Under the pieces are notes generated by a model. That model searched no databases and was not told where the DNA came from. It saw only the letters and a list, made by a program, of their open reading frames with translations. This document shows positions 1 through 14,115 of a stretch of DNA of 64,000 nt, piece after piece. The number at the start of each line of letters is the position of its first letter. The first letter of the stretch is position 1. The stretch is from Paraphysomonas bandaiensis (lineage: Eukaryota; Protista; Chrysophyceae): positions 182,285 through 246,284 of the forward strand of contig CBFFRP010000376.1 in assembly GCA_965644295.1 (NCBI GenBank), in the 5' to 3' direction. A program made the translations under genes and the position numbers.

Positions 1-3000
1 ACGCCTGAACACTTCTCGCTCTGATGATACACATGAGCTGTCGATAGAGGAGGAGGACTGGGATGATGAACTCGGGATTACAGATGAGGTTCGGGAGGGA
101 CAGGACTGTCTTGCAGATGGACTAAGGCTTGTTATGAGTGAAACTTTAGGAATAAGTCACGGAGGGCTGTTGGATGACTTGATATTACCAGTCCCGTCAG
201 AAGCGGATGCTGTTCAGACAACTATCCCCATTCGATGTAAAGTAGTCAACCAGCTCATTTACGGTCAGGATGATGTGAATTTAGTAATTTATCCATCATC
301 TATTGCATTATATTCCCTCAAGCTTGATGGAGACCGTAGGCAATTAATGGCAGTAGAACTAGATGAATGGCTGCGGACCGTTGTCACGAAGCATATGAAT
401 CGGGTAGAGACTGCGATGAAGACCAAAGATATCGCATGGCTGAATAAGATCCAGTCTAAAGAGAAGACTTTTAACAATACACTGGTCAGAGCATGGGCTG
501 AGGTTATTCATATGCTTTTGCGCAATAAGTCGCTTGACATATGGGAAGTACTGCAAAAATTCTGCAAACTTTTGCGTCATTTCTCTCGTATGGACAAGGG
601 GATGATGTTTCAATTCTGCGATATATCAGAAACGGAATACGGAATGATGTTTCAGCACATTCTGGATATTCTTCGTGTTACAGCTATCGTCGATACGGAA
701 GAGGCAGTGTCCGGGAAATACACAAAAAAAGGTCCCCGTCGAGCGAACTACCATTTCCGTGTAACACTGACTGATACAATCAGTGCGAGCCCAATCAAAG
801 CTACTAAAGGATCCCCTCCTCCTCGGCTGTTTACAGAGATGATTCGATATGCTGTGGTCATGTTTCCTGAGCACGTAGAGCACCTAGCAGTGCTTGAATT
901 AGAGGCCGCGGCGCACCATTGTATCGCAATGATGGAAAACCGTGTAGAGTATTCCTGGTCTCCTTCACCCTACAGCGTCTTCAAGTGCTACCTCTCCCTT
1001 TATAGGACTGTGGTGAATTCCGATGAAGGAAGTATTGCTGCACAGAAACGACGGCGCTCTGAACCACGTGACGGAAAAACTGAGAGCAAATCACACAAAC
1101 TAAATTTTCTGCGCACAGCGATTATCTGTGATTTGTTTTTTATTCTCAACGGCTACAATCCGCTAGATGTGTCTCATCGACCACACCTTGTTGCCGCCAT
1201 TGATGAACTAAAAAACGAAACTGGAGTTGGAATGTTGGAAGGGGATGAAAGAGATGACTTTATTTCTGATAGTGATGAGAGTGCCGAGAAAACCCACTCC
1301 AGTAGTTACAACTCTGACAGGAAACTGATATTTGATGATCGAGATATTTCTCTGAACTCTGCTAGCCGAACTGGGGATCCCAGGAGAAAAGATACCGATA
1401 TCGATGCGCGTGTTCGAGAAATTATACAAAAATTTAACACCTCTGAGCACGAATCGCCCTCTGATTCACTCTCGCGATCACCTGAAAACAAGAGGCGGGG
1501 AATGAGTCGAGAAGCTTCAAATGTTAGTACTCTAAGCTTGGAGACATCGATGCGTGCGAATCGTAAGCATATACGCCAAGTATATGATCTTTTGGGTGAC
1601 GAGAGCGTAAATTTCTTCGACATATTTCATATGCTAACAACCGATTTGCAAGTTTTCAAGAATATTTTAACAACGAAATATAAGAGTGTTAGTCGGAAGT
1701 CTATTTTGAAAGCCCGTGTTGCATTCGCAATGAGTGTGATGGTTCGTTTTGATAGATCTGAGGGAGAAGATCAAGATGATGTCGCGGAATCACTGCTGTT
1801 AGAATCGATTGTACTTCTAGATAAATTACATAACAGTCATTTTAATGAAATTGCCCCTCCTATCATCTCTTCATTCGCCCTAATGGCCATGGAAAAGTTT
1901 GCAGAACTTCTGATATCCAATTCGAAGTATAAGTTTGGTGTGTCTTGTTTTGAATCTGTTGTGGCGGCACATCTGCTTGCTAACACAAAGGATGAAAAAC
2001 GATTATATCGGCGCCTTACGGTTGTAGCTCAGGAGAGTGGAGACATCAAGAGATCGCTTTATTATCACTGCATCATGCTCAGAATTGCCAAAGATGAGAG
2101 CAAGTTGAACGAGTTTGTATACATTGCCGACCTGGTGAGCAAGCTTTTTCTAGATGTAGGAGAAGCGAACTTGGCGGAGCGGTGTCTTCGTGTGGTGTCT
2201 CTGTTACACACGGGATATCCTCTTGCATCAGTTTGCTTTGAAACTATATCATCTCATAAGTTAGAGCATAGCTTCCTCCCAACAGGGTTTGAAATTCCTT
2301 CTATTCTGCTTAACATCGGCGAAGGTGATGGCGGGTTGGTTGGAGGACTTTGGACCAAGAGAATAAGTTCGAATGCACAATCGAGTCAGTTAGTATGTGA
2401 TAGCCAACAATTCTCCGCCATATCAAAGTTAATTGATTTGTTTGTGTGTACTGATAGTCACCAAAAGGCGATTGACTTATGTTTAAGTTTGCTGAAGAGG
2501 AAACTATTTCCCCAAGGACGAATATCTGTACTACTAACGATGTCGAAGTGTTATTTAAAGCTGCGCCAGTTAACTTACTGCGAAGCGGTTTTAGATCGTA
2601 TTGCATATGAATCCGAAGAAGTTGTGGGAGGTATTCTTGCTCGTACAGGAACACCATCGCTAACGCAGGCCCATCAAGTAAATTCCACTTCCCAGAACTC
2701 ACCAATATCCCCAAGAGCTGCGAATACTTCACGTTATTACAGATCATACAATGACCTCAATCGCGCCGCGGCTAAGGAAAAGCGACGTCATTTAGATACC
2801 ACCAAGTCAACACCCCGTCATGCACGACAGCTTAATCATACTGGAACTGCTGGTAGCAGTGGAGCTCAGGCAGCATCATTGGGAGCATCTGCCGCTGCTG
2901 TTGGCTTCGTGTCGAAAGTGCGGTCTTACGGTTACCTCATACTACGCGCCAGGTGCCGCCTTGCTGCTGATGATCCCGAATGGGCTCTTCATTGGCTGCA

Positions 3001-6000
3001 AATTGCTCTTGCAGTATGTCCAAAAGGTAAGTGGGATAAACGGGCAGACATTCGGTATTTGAATGGTAGAGCATATGGGAAGCTCTGTATGCGTTGTCGA
3101 GCCACAGATGCGTGGGGAAGAGGGGATACAAAGCTAATGGAGCGAGAGTCCACTCTCGCTTCACTTGCTGAATCAGAATTCAGAGCTTGTTGGACTCTAT
3201 GCAAAAAGTACACGGACAATATCATCAAACAAACGAAGGCGATGAATAGGATCGTGGAGCTGCATGTGTCCCGACTATTCAATGAAATTGCGGTGGAGAA
3301 ATCAGTAACACTCACGGATGCGCTGGATGGCAAAGCTGAAAGTCTTCTTCGATCAATGGATGGTCTGAGTCGCATGTCGATGCAGTTGGTAGGAGATGTT
3401 GGGGCGCCCCTTGAACTAATACGCAGCCTCGTCAATTGCTGTGAACTCTCCTGGCTTTTAGGTAACCCACAGCTGGCGTTCAGTGCGTGGTGCGAGGCCA
3501 AAGCCCTCCTAATGCATACTTTTTTGCAGCCTGTCACTCCAATTTCTCTGAGCCCATTCAGTCGACTTAGTCTATCATCGCCGAGGTCGAAAGTATCGCA
3601 GTCGATGGCAGATGCAGATAGCCCTCTTAGGGATATTCCCGTTGCTCCTATACCGTTCCCTCCTGGTATGGTGCTGAGGGTGTATGATCTTTTGACCCGT
3701 ATCGTGCGGCTTGCCTTTGTTATCGAGCCGTGCCCACTATCTAATAATGGCGGTGCACTTATCGCATCGTGGATGCGGTTTAATCACGCTACCGCGCATT
3801 GTGTGACTCCTCTCTTTAGCGATAGCCACAAGCTGCACCGTACACTCGACAGCTTTGATTCTGTTTTTAATAGTGCTGTAAAGCCAAATGCGGCGACGAG
3901 AGCATCGCCTGTGGGAAGTATGTTTGCTTTTGCAGACGGGAATCCCTCGAGACCTTCCTTGTTATTAAGGGTATTTGGTTTGGAGAATGACATCGAAACC
4001 GCCCTGTCTGCACGGAAAATGCAGCGCAAAAAGGACGCGTGGCTTAAATCACATAAACCAATAGCTCTAGAGTACAATCACCTTCGGGTTATGCTGCGGC
4101 GAGCTGTAATTCCCAATGGAATGAGGCTGGCAAAGAGTATTCCGAAGTTGACTGGTGCTATATTCAACGAGCCTTTGTTGTACATTCCCCAGGTACAACA
4201 TGGATATAGATTAAGTAGATCTGACTTTCGTGTTGTAGGATGAAGCAAACTTATCTGAGATATTTAAGCACCTGAAAATACGAAGGAATAAAGTGGACGG
4301 CGGTTTTAGTACCAGAAAACAATTTTCTCGACGTTCTTTACCTGAGACTTCAGCGTATACGGGTTCGGATGCAGATGAGAGTTCTTCCCATGATCCTTCT
4401 AGCGAGTATGATATTGAGGACGCATTGTCTGAGGGAGTATTGGAGTATGTAATAGCTGCTGCAAATATCCTGTTTCCATTTGAAATCATTAGAAAAGCGA
4501 TGTCCATAGATTATGGCATGGAAGGATCTTCTTCAGAAGGTGTGCTCGTCAGTGAATAAAAACTTGCATTGTTTTTGAAGTGTAATGAGTAGGTATGGAG
4601 GCAGCGGAGATTGTAATGTCGTGCCTACGCGAGTCGGCAAAGTCGGGTTTACTCCACCCGTCTGGCAAGGAAGCTGCTTACGTTAAATCAAGATCCACTG
4701 CTCCAGGAATCACCATGACCTCCGAAGGGTATTTTGTTGAGGGGATGTACGACTATAGGTAAACTATATGATTCATCGTGTGAAGTTATTATTTGATGTT
4801 GTCGTAGCGACGCGGAGAAAATTGCACAAAAGCGCCTGGGTAAGCCTGGATTTGTGCATACCGATTTACTGGCGTTGCTGCGTCATGTAAATAAAATATA
4901 TCCTCCCTGGATCGATGATAGTGATTCACCCAGAAGCCACAAAGCTGCTTCGGTAGACACGACAGGTATGATTATATGTCATGTCAACAAGTGTTTACAG
5001 TATGTTCAGACCTTGAAAACACTATTGATTGTGATACTATTGATAACTACTCTGCACTTGTCGGTGCCTCTCCAAATAAAGTCAGACTCAAGGTAATAAA
5101 TCTAATAGAAATTGATATTGCAGCATGCTTAAGTACTTTCAGGTTTTGTTTTTGCGGCTTAAAGTGTATAAAAATCAGTATATTGAGGGCCATTTAACTC
5201 TAACAGAGTACTATAAGAGGAATATGGAAACAATGAAAAAAATTGTACAGAGTATGAGCTGTGTCTCTGATCTTAACAGGCGTTCATCGTCACCAGATTC
5301 ATCTGCCAGTGCACTGGATAGTCTTTCGAGTAAGGCTTTTTTGTTTATCAATTACGTGCATTCATATATCATTATTTCCAGACGCGAAAGAAAGTACCAA
5401 AAGTCGTAGAGCACCTCCAATGTCTCCTATTAACGAGGTATGGGTAAAGTAATCCTTGAAATATTTACAAGTCATACACACACGTAGGTGGGTGCTTCTC
5501 CTAGTCTTCGGAGAATGATATCGCTCCAAAGTTCTTCGTCTAGTCAAGAAGCCAACCAATCAAGATTACGTTCTCAATCGATTGAGCATCTAAATGCTTT
5601 GGCATCGTTGTCAGACAATCCTGTCAATTACCCACCATCATTTAGATTTGTGGTGTACATTGATAATGCGTTGTTTTTGTACACCCCATTGAAAGACACC
5701 ACAGCTGTTGCAATACTTCGTGACAAAGTTAGGGCTGGAAAGCGGACCCCACCTCCTGCTTCGGTCAGGAAGATACCCCGCTCGGTGGAGGGACGACAGG
5801 ATACCCTCAGTATTGCATCGGGCTCAGTCAGATCCATAACCAGTTCGAGTCATTCACACAGTAAGAGCATAGCGAAAAGTTGGAGCGAGGAGGAGGATAT
5901 GCAGTCCAAAGGTAGTTCTGCGAAGAAGCAGGTAGTGGTCCAGAGTCCCTCTTTGGGTAGACGAAAATTCGCTCTTGATTCTACTGCGAAGACTCCGTCG

Positions 6001-8627
6001 AAGTCACCACGGGATCGATCATCTCTGCCTCCATACGTAAAAAGTGCATCGTCCTTTCGAATGAAAGGAAGTGGTTTGAGCAATACTTTGCGATCGGATT
6101 TTACAGGCAAGAGTATGGAGGTATATGTCCGGGGGGATCGTGAAGAACCAATGTACTTGATGAGTGCGGCCAGTGCTTGTGATGGGCTGACTCCCCCTCT
6201 GGTGAGGGCCTGTTATGATGTCAATGTGGATTTAAACTCTATAATAGGCTACACAACATACATTGTGTGATTCGGCAGTTATGACGGCACTGTCTGACCT
6301 TCCTCTTGCTGCTGAAGAAGACCTCTCCCCCGACAGCCCACTCAGCAAATTTGGGGACGAAAGTTGGAAGAATCGTGTGAAAGCAGACGTCTCTATCGTG
6401 CAGCTTGTGAAAATTCTTGGATATCAAAATACTATGTTCTTGTGGACAACACTGATGCTTGAAGAGGTGCGTACATCTTTATATCTTTGACTTTTGACCC
6501 TGTTCTCGCGTTTCAGCCTCTTCTGCTGCTGGGGTCACCGGGATCGGAGCAAACTATTTCCCATATCTGTACTGCTCTCCTCCGTCTACTTCGTCCGATG
6601 ACGTGGCAGCATTTGTATATCCCTCTCATGCACACTTCCATGCAACCACATTTCTTAGCTTTACTCAGAAACCATGACCCCTTTATCATTGGGACGTATC
6701 ACGAGGTGCACCACTGGCATATATTTTCCGTAGTGTGCTGACATTATGTGTCAGGTTGTGGGACATATTGACCCTGTTTCTTACGATTCCATCTTTTCGG
6801 ATGCTAATGAAGGTCTTCCTTGCACGAACACAGATAGTGGACACAGGTTGATGATGGACCAGCATTTGGCAGATGTTACAGTGGTAAATCTAGACAGTGG
6901 TACGTTCGTGTTCCGCAGTGTAGAATTGAGGCTTAATGTATCAATTTTTTTTTTGCTTTCATAGGACTTATTAAACCTGGGAGAAGGCTTCAGTTTGTTG
7001 CAGCATGTACCTTGTCATCGTATGCTGGTGTAATCCCAGAATCTGACCCAGCAACTTTGAAGCATATGCTAGGACGCTTAGAATCTTGTAGGGATATTAT
7101 TGGCTCCATGCATCTAAAACCACCTCTACCTGCGAGATACAGAGTCCAGGTGTACAGCAAACTGTCTGATATTTTGGATCCCACTGAATCAATGCAGATC
7201 TACCCTTCACAGTCAGGTACAATCTATCCATTCGCTGTGATACGTTGAATATGTCGGCATTCTACCTTGAACTGTTTGTGGGTTGACTTGTTCTTTTGCT
7301 GTGATAGTAAGTGTGTGTATTGAGTTTAAACTCCCACTAAACAGTATGAAGTTATTTTGTGTAAATATGTATGAATATAAGTTTTTATTTTGCAATTCCT
7401 ATGAAATACGTAGGTGGATTAACAGCGCTGGGCAATGATTCGTTGAATTCAGTTAGCATTGAACTGGAAAGCAGCATTTTTTCGGTTATGGTGTCACTTT
7501 TCAAAGGACTGAAGATGTTTATCAAGGAGCCGCCGAAAGATATTGTGAATAAGTAAGGGAGTATGAATATCCTGGTTCTGATTTGACGGTATTGATATGA
7601 CAGAAAATGCAGCAAGAAGGATTTACTACGCGCCATCTCACCTCGAGCTTCTTTTCACATGCAAAAATCACGCTCTCCACGGGGTGAGTTCGCCATTGAC
7701 GTCGAGAGTCACCTCATACTAGACGAGAGTAAATTCCTTGGATTTCTTAAGGATGATGTTAGACCTTTCGTTCAGTACCTATTTCATACCAGATCATTCA
7801 AGGTTACGTTTATCCTATATATTTTCTCACTTCCATAACACTTTATCGTACTTAGCGTTTGATTAACGGTATTTATTCTGCGAAGATTGACATTCGACGA
7901 GGTGAAAATGAGTGTGTTTCTTCTTCGCTTCTCAGATTCATGACGCTTTCGGATGCTCGACTAGAGAGTAGACTGATTTTGTACAGAGAACTATCCACGC
8001 AACGGTTAGGAGGTTATCTAGTAACATACTTCGCACACGTATTGCCCAACCAGGAACAGCATCAATACCCTTTCGTGTACCAGTTTCCTTATAGCGTGGA
8101 GGCATTTAACACTCTTCCGCTGCTATCTGATGTATCAAGAAATAAGGAGCAGTTGAAGATTAAATTAAGGTGATTGTTTAGTCGATAAGCTGTGCGATAT
8201 TTTGTGAGGTCTACTTTGTAGATGGTGTGTCCTGGATGCACAGCGTTTGACGTATTACAAGTCCCGATCGAAGCGTAGGATAAAAGATCATATAACCATT
8301 GATCCGCAAGACGTAAGACTTGTACTTAGTCCCTTTTGTCACCCTCTACCCCCTGCAAGTAAGAGATTGTACCCTTTGAGAGATCAACATCCCCTTACTG
8401 ACCAGTACCTCTTCTTATATGTAGGTACAGCTGGTGGTGCCGTGTCGAGCGGGTCGTACTCATACTCCGTGAGCCCGTCTGCTCCAACCACAGAGCATCA
8501 TTCGTGTGCATTAGTCTTTGGTGGAGGATCGGTTTTAGTATTCCGCGCAGAGACAATAAACGATCACAACCAATGGGTAAGAGCGCTACGTGCACGTCTA
8601 GTTCCGGATTATACGGCCGAGTCATAG
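1..8627 (+). CDS. Large multi-exon DENN-domain protein (putative Rab GEF) with an N-terminal helical/TPR-like region and a C-terminal PH domain; 5' end probably lies upstream of the window
   Basis: The frame is open from position 2 to about 4192, followed by many short GT-AG introns (first 4193-4238). cDENN-like segment: LWTTLMLEE|PLLLLGS..ISHICTALLRLLRPMTWQHLYIPLM..HDPFIIGT. dDENN-like segment: FLGFLKDDVRPFVQYLFHTRSF. PH-like segment: WCVLDAQRLTYYKS...VFRAETINDHNQWVRALR. Stop at 8627. Internal exon boundaries are approximate. Confidence 0.75.
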
Positions 8628-9683
8628 TGCGAAGAGTATTTGTATAGAATAGTTAGTGCACCTTTTACATAATATAGCAGTGTTTAGAGAAGTGTCCAGT
8701 GAATATAGTATTTGTTGGTGTTTTCGATAAGTGATTTTACTATGATCTAACAACAAATAATTGTTTTTATTTTATCAACGATAAAGTGCTGCCTGATTTA
8801 CTATGTATTTAATTTAATATATAGATTAGGCCATCCATAATTCATATTATTTTAAGTGTCCTTTTGCCAATTAAACGAATGTAGTAAATCTAAGTAAGAA
8901 ATGAACACTGTAACAGATTATTTACGATTGATACTGTTGGCTAACTGCTAAGAAGTAGAAGTAATATACCACAGTTAAGGCTATATTGTTTCAGTATTGT
9001 GAGATATATGTCAGAATTATTCGTACTTATTAGAATAGTAGAAAGTAGAGTATTATAGAACGTAGAACAACATTAAATACTAACTACAATCTACTCCTAC
9101 TTATGTGCTTGTAGCTCGTATAGCTAGTAGCTATCCTGTATTCTGTATTCTGTGTAGCAATGAAATACAGAATCTACTAAACTATAAAAGCAGGAGTAGG
9201 AATAAAATATGCAAAGAAACTGAATATACAGTAACTGTTAAAGATAATCTATTGGTGTTGAATATGGAACAAAATTTCGGATTCCTTTCACGAGGATTCT
9301 CTAGTTGACAGTCCTGCTCTCAGGATTGATGCTTTAAGTAAGGAACAACGTGTATGTATCAATCAAAGACATAGTTTTACTTTATAGAGACAAAGAGTAG
9401 CCTTTGAAAATCTAGGTACATGGGCTTTGATCTTATAGTTCCCCACAGCCAGTAATCTGTATCAGTAGGAGTGTGCATTATTGTATTCTGTAAAAGTCGA
9501 TCTAAAGTGTATTCTAAACAACGACATATTATATATATTTGTAACTTAAGAGAAAGTGTATAATATATAAAGTAGTGTTATTAGTATTAATAAAAGTAGT
9601 TTATCCCCATTTTTTCTCAAAAAGTAGTGCTTCTTTGACCCGAATTGGGTTCAACAGTAAGCTCGTGTATATTATAGTAGCAT

Positions 9684-10240
9684 CCTTTCGTGGTGTTCTG
9701 GGGGATAATTCTAACTTGAGCCACATGCATAGCCTCAGCAGATATTGTTCTGCCCACTCATAGCCAAATCCTTGTGTGGTACAAGGGACACAAGTAAGTA
9801 CCACTTGTGTAGACGTCTTAAGTCGATGTAATACCAAATAATCCTGTTGAAAAGGGTATAACTATGCATAGTAAGTGACTATAAAGATATTAAAGTATTT
9901 TTTATAATATTTTCTTACGTATTATTATTATTACTTCAGTATTACAGCAATAAAAGTCGCCGACTACACAACATATATATTACACAGTTCAAGCTATTCG
10001 GTCAAGGATATATTAGACTATTCTTTGTACGATACCCCACTACTACGTCGACTTTTTCCGGTCACAATATTCTCAGATGAGAAAGCGTCTTAATCCATCC
10101 ATTCTCTGTCGCTATTTCCCATTGCTGTTTTTTAGTCCTTTTCTTTAACGAATTTACTGTATATTATCTTTGGGCCTTTTTGACGAATAAAAAGGCATCC
10201 AGGAATGGGCCCACCTCAAGGGCATCCGCAGGGGTATTAT
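9684..10240 (-). mobile_element. Degenerate partial copy of dispersed repeat family A, split by a ~350-bp insertion (about 9820-10167)
   Basis: 9684-9819 and about 10168-10240 match, in reverse complement, contiguous parts of 41940-42185 (gacgtctt|tgggccc..gacgaataaa..catcc.ggaatgggcccacctcaagggcatcc). Confidence 0.7.
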
Positions 10241-10839
10241 TGGCAGCACATTATTGATAGTATTCCAGCTCATGTTGCTGTATTGGCTTTGAACAACATT
10301 TCGTTGGTTTAAATGGTTGAACATTATGTAGTTAGACCAGATAGATTTTTATTGCTTAGAGACAATTGTGCGTTGTCATATATAATTTTATGTTTCTTTC
10401 ATATCAACCACTGATAAACTTTCGTACCTTGAATCGCCATGATACTTCAGTTTCACAGTTATAGCTCTCTATATGGGATTTTGACGTGTGTTACAGTTTT
10501 CACATTGTATAATATATATAACGTATTCTACAGTTCTATCTTAGAGAAACATACGCATTCCAACAACATGCTGTGTTTATTTTTCGATTGCAATTAAAAT
10601 ACATACTAGCTACTACTAGTAAAAAACTGTAGAAGTTTAACTTCAATTTCGATATAATATACTCAAGTTGTTTTGTATTTATTTGTCTAATTCCTTTCAT
10701 ATTGTTGTTTATTTTTTTGGTGTTTCATAAAATAGAGAACAGCTACTGGTGATAATATGATACTGTTACTACGTCAGTAGGAGTTGGCAATAGATTCACA
10801 CTATTCCTATTCAATTACTGTGATACCCTCAGGAAGAGA

Positions 10840-11060
10840 TAGCACGGAGTGTTGAGTTTTGCTGTTCTAAGGTATTGGAATTATGACCGTTAGTCGAAGA
10901 ACACAATAGTGGTTAACAGTATTATGAGAACTAACAACATGATGGCTACTGTAGTAATGAAACTGAATATAATATACTGATCATACAAGATAGTGACGAT
11001 GTAAGATCATACGAGAAATGACATGAAATAGATGAATGAGAAGAGATATTGATTATAATT
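10840..11060. repeat. Old dispersed repeat family B, copy 1
   Basis: Aligns by eye with 26130-26370 (gtgttgagttttgctgtt...gtggttaac.gtattatgagaa...tgaaactgaat...aagat.gtga...taagat). Confidence 0.6.
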
Positions 11061-11409
11061 TTATAATAAGCTTAATGAGTGAATACACGTCCAGTTAACT
11101 TAGTAAATCATCCAATTTGTGTCATAACTTGACATGGAGACATATACATAGCATGCACAATCAACGAACTTTGCAGCACTTGTTCCACTTTGTCATAATT
11201 ATTGTTATTATCATTAATATTGACGTTATTGTTATATATTTATGCGTAATGCGCAGAAGCAGAAGCAAAATGTGCCACCACAGTATATCACATTACCAAG
11301 CCACCAACAATAGAAATCGAAGAAATGACAACTCCATCAACCACACAGTATACGTTGCAGACCAGTCACGAACGCAAATGCGAAACACTAGAACACAAGA
11401 CACTCTCCA

Positions 11410-14115
11410 TTAACGATTCTCCTCCTCATTAGTATTGTCGCTGCTGGTCCCTTCAGAGGATCGACTCTCGTCGCTGCTCTGACTGCTCCGCTCCCCATCG
11501 TCCACTGAGGAAGATGTATCATTTTCGAGAGATGCATCACTGGATCGAGATTCTTCTCCATCGTCATCATCATCCCCATCGTTGTCATCATTTTCGGCCT
11601 CACAATCCTCTTCAGACTCCTCTTTGTTAGTCTTCTTCTTACGATTGTTTTTCTTCTACGGAGTAGTGTTACACTGCATACATGAATACCAGTATATTAG
11701 CAACTACCTTCTTCTTTCCTTTCTTTTTCTTCTTGGGAGTAGTTTCATTTGCGTCAACTGGCCATTCAATTTCCACATCGAACCCCAAGGACTTGGCGTA
11801 CTTGGAACCATGATCAATTCCAGCTCCAGCCATTGGTTCATTCGCTGCAGCTAAGAGTGAGGCTATATGGTTCATTCCCCGGCCATTGGCCGTGCCGTCA
11901 TTGACTGGGACGTAATTGCCCAGCCCTGGAGGCTGCTGGACCTCAGTTGCAGCCTGCATGGGAAGGTTAGCATTAGTTGTATATATATCGGAATAACACA
12001 CCCGAAGATGGGGTATAAACTCGTTCCAGCGCTGATGGGAATGAAGATAGTTCCGCAGAAAAGAAGACGGTGGAAGTGAAGACACCTAAATAGGCATTAA
12101 GTGGGATGGAACAAAATAATATATGATGAATGATACACATTGCATACCTGAAGGCGTATAGCATTGGTTGCATTAATAACGAAACCCCGTAGAGAAGCCT
12201 TATCTTTAGCAGAGAGGCTGCAACGTGTCGCTGCCCCTGGGTCCACCGACGGATCGGTCGTTACACCCTCTGTATTTCCGTCAAGAGGATCAAATGCATC
12301 GAGTAGGAACGTAATAAGTTTAGCGTTTTTGAATAAAATTTTCAATGTAGAATCATCATTTTGCCTGAGGATTAGGTTATGACCATATACATAAAAATGT
12401 TGTTGGACTCACCTGAGCGCAGTGAAGAGCAGGCGGTAAAACATACTGTGGTAAATGTCATTATATGCATAGTCAAATACCCAAGATATCAACAGCTTCC
12501 ACAGGTCTTCCCTAATTTTGCACACAACACTCTCTGAAGCCTCTACGAGGAGAACCAACAGCTCAACCAGCTGCGCTCTATGTGAAGAGAATGGGATCTT
12601 TACAACGTGCCCAGGGTACACTATAGGTCCAAGCGTAGAATCGGAGTCAGTTGAAGGCAGTTGGGCAGCAGAATCGACCAACACCTGTTGTAGTGAATCC
12701 AATCGGGTGGTAAGGTGCTCCACCAGGAGAGGACGAAGAGGATAAAGCCTATTGGGCACCCGTGTAGGTACTGGATTCGACATAGGGCCACTGACAAAGC
12801 AGACATTCTCGGGAGCCGCGGAACGTTTCAGCAAAAAGCAAAGTAGACGAAGGCAGACTCGACGACTTGTAAAAAAAGTCTCCGAATCCTCGTCATCACA
12901 CTCTAGTTTACTTCCATCTGCACACAGGCCAGTGCCCTTGTCCATAAAGCTGTTAAGCAAAGATGTGGTATACCCTAGCGGCTGCAGAAGAATCTCTCCA
13001 ATATCTTCAATGCTGAGTTTCTCGATTAGCTCCTGGAGGGTCTGCGACGCAGCAGAACAGTGCTGCTCGGGAGTCACATACTCATCGACTCTACAGTGGG
13101 TGGCTGGGGCAACTATAATATTAGCCAAACGTAGCATAAATATCCACTTCGACAAGCCCTCAAAAAACTTCCACCTAGAAGAGGAACAAACTGCATATAA
13201 CGGTGAGGTCCGGGGAATGGGTGTGAGCGCAACCAAAATCACGATCAGATCTCCAACTGGAGGATACCCGATATACCGCAACACCCGCCCCATACGTACT
13301 TCCAACTGTCCGTCAGAGGTCAGGCCATCGTATACCTCTCCAGGAAATAGCCGAAGAAGACTCTCTATAACTCGCGCTGCATGGTAAAAGGATCCAGCAG
13401 AATCTTCACGATACACCTGTTGAAGAATAGACTATCACACATACTTATTGTAAAAATATCAGTCACCTCAAACATGGCACGAGCAATTACACTAGCACGG
13501 CGGTTCAGAAATGACATAAGTGCATCAGACGGTTCATCTACAGATAAAAGCATCGTTGCCCTGTATACATCCGCGGGTTAGACACAACAACATGTGCTAG
13601 AATAGCTCTACCTGTATGAGTGCCTCAGCTCCTGTGAGTCCGACTCGTGCGGATAAGGGCGCCTCCTATCCCCAATCTGAGTAATAAACTCTAGCAGCAT
13701 GTCACAAACGCCATCCTGTAATAAAAAATCCACCATCTACAGCAATAACTAATTGTGACACCTTTCGCAGAGGTAATATCAAAAAGCAGACCTTGGGTGA
13801 TATCGACGGCTCTTCTAACTCTAACATCTTTGTCAACAGCTGTTTATTACGACTCATCTTCCACTCAGTATTCAGCAAATTCTTTGTAAGATCTTTTAAC
13901 TGTGAGAGTGAGTTAGTATCTCGTATACTACTTAAACAATTAAATATCACATTAGCGATTTCCTGAACGTGTGATGTGCCGGCATCCACACCACAGTCAT
14001 CGTCCTCGCCCTCATCAGAGTCTGAATCAGCTATACGATAAGACTCCTGTACAGACGATGATGATGAGTCGTCATAGCTGCTACTCCCTCGACTGCTTGA
14101 TATGGATGTCGCCAT
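11410..14115 (-). CDS. SAPS-family protein (SIT4 phosphatase-associated / PP6 regulatory subunit-like), multi-exon, acidic C-terminus
   Basis: Joined exons give MLELEEPSISPK|MVDFLLQDGVCDMLLEFIT and FSSHRAQLVELLVLL...LWKLLISWVFDYAYNDIYHSMFYRLL, resembling the SAPS region. Asp/Glu/Ser-rich tail ends at TAA 11412-11410. Confidence 0.7.

Noticed and set aside
12518-13581. Long + strand ORFs opposite the SAPS gene, and similar antisense ORFs over other genes
   Set aside because: Antisense shadows of well-supported genes, with no recognisable motifs.
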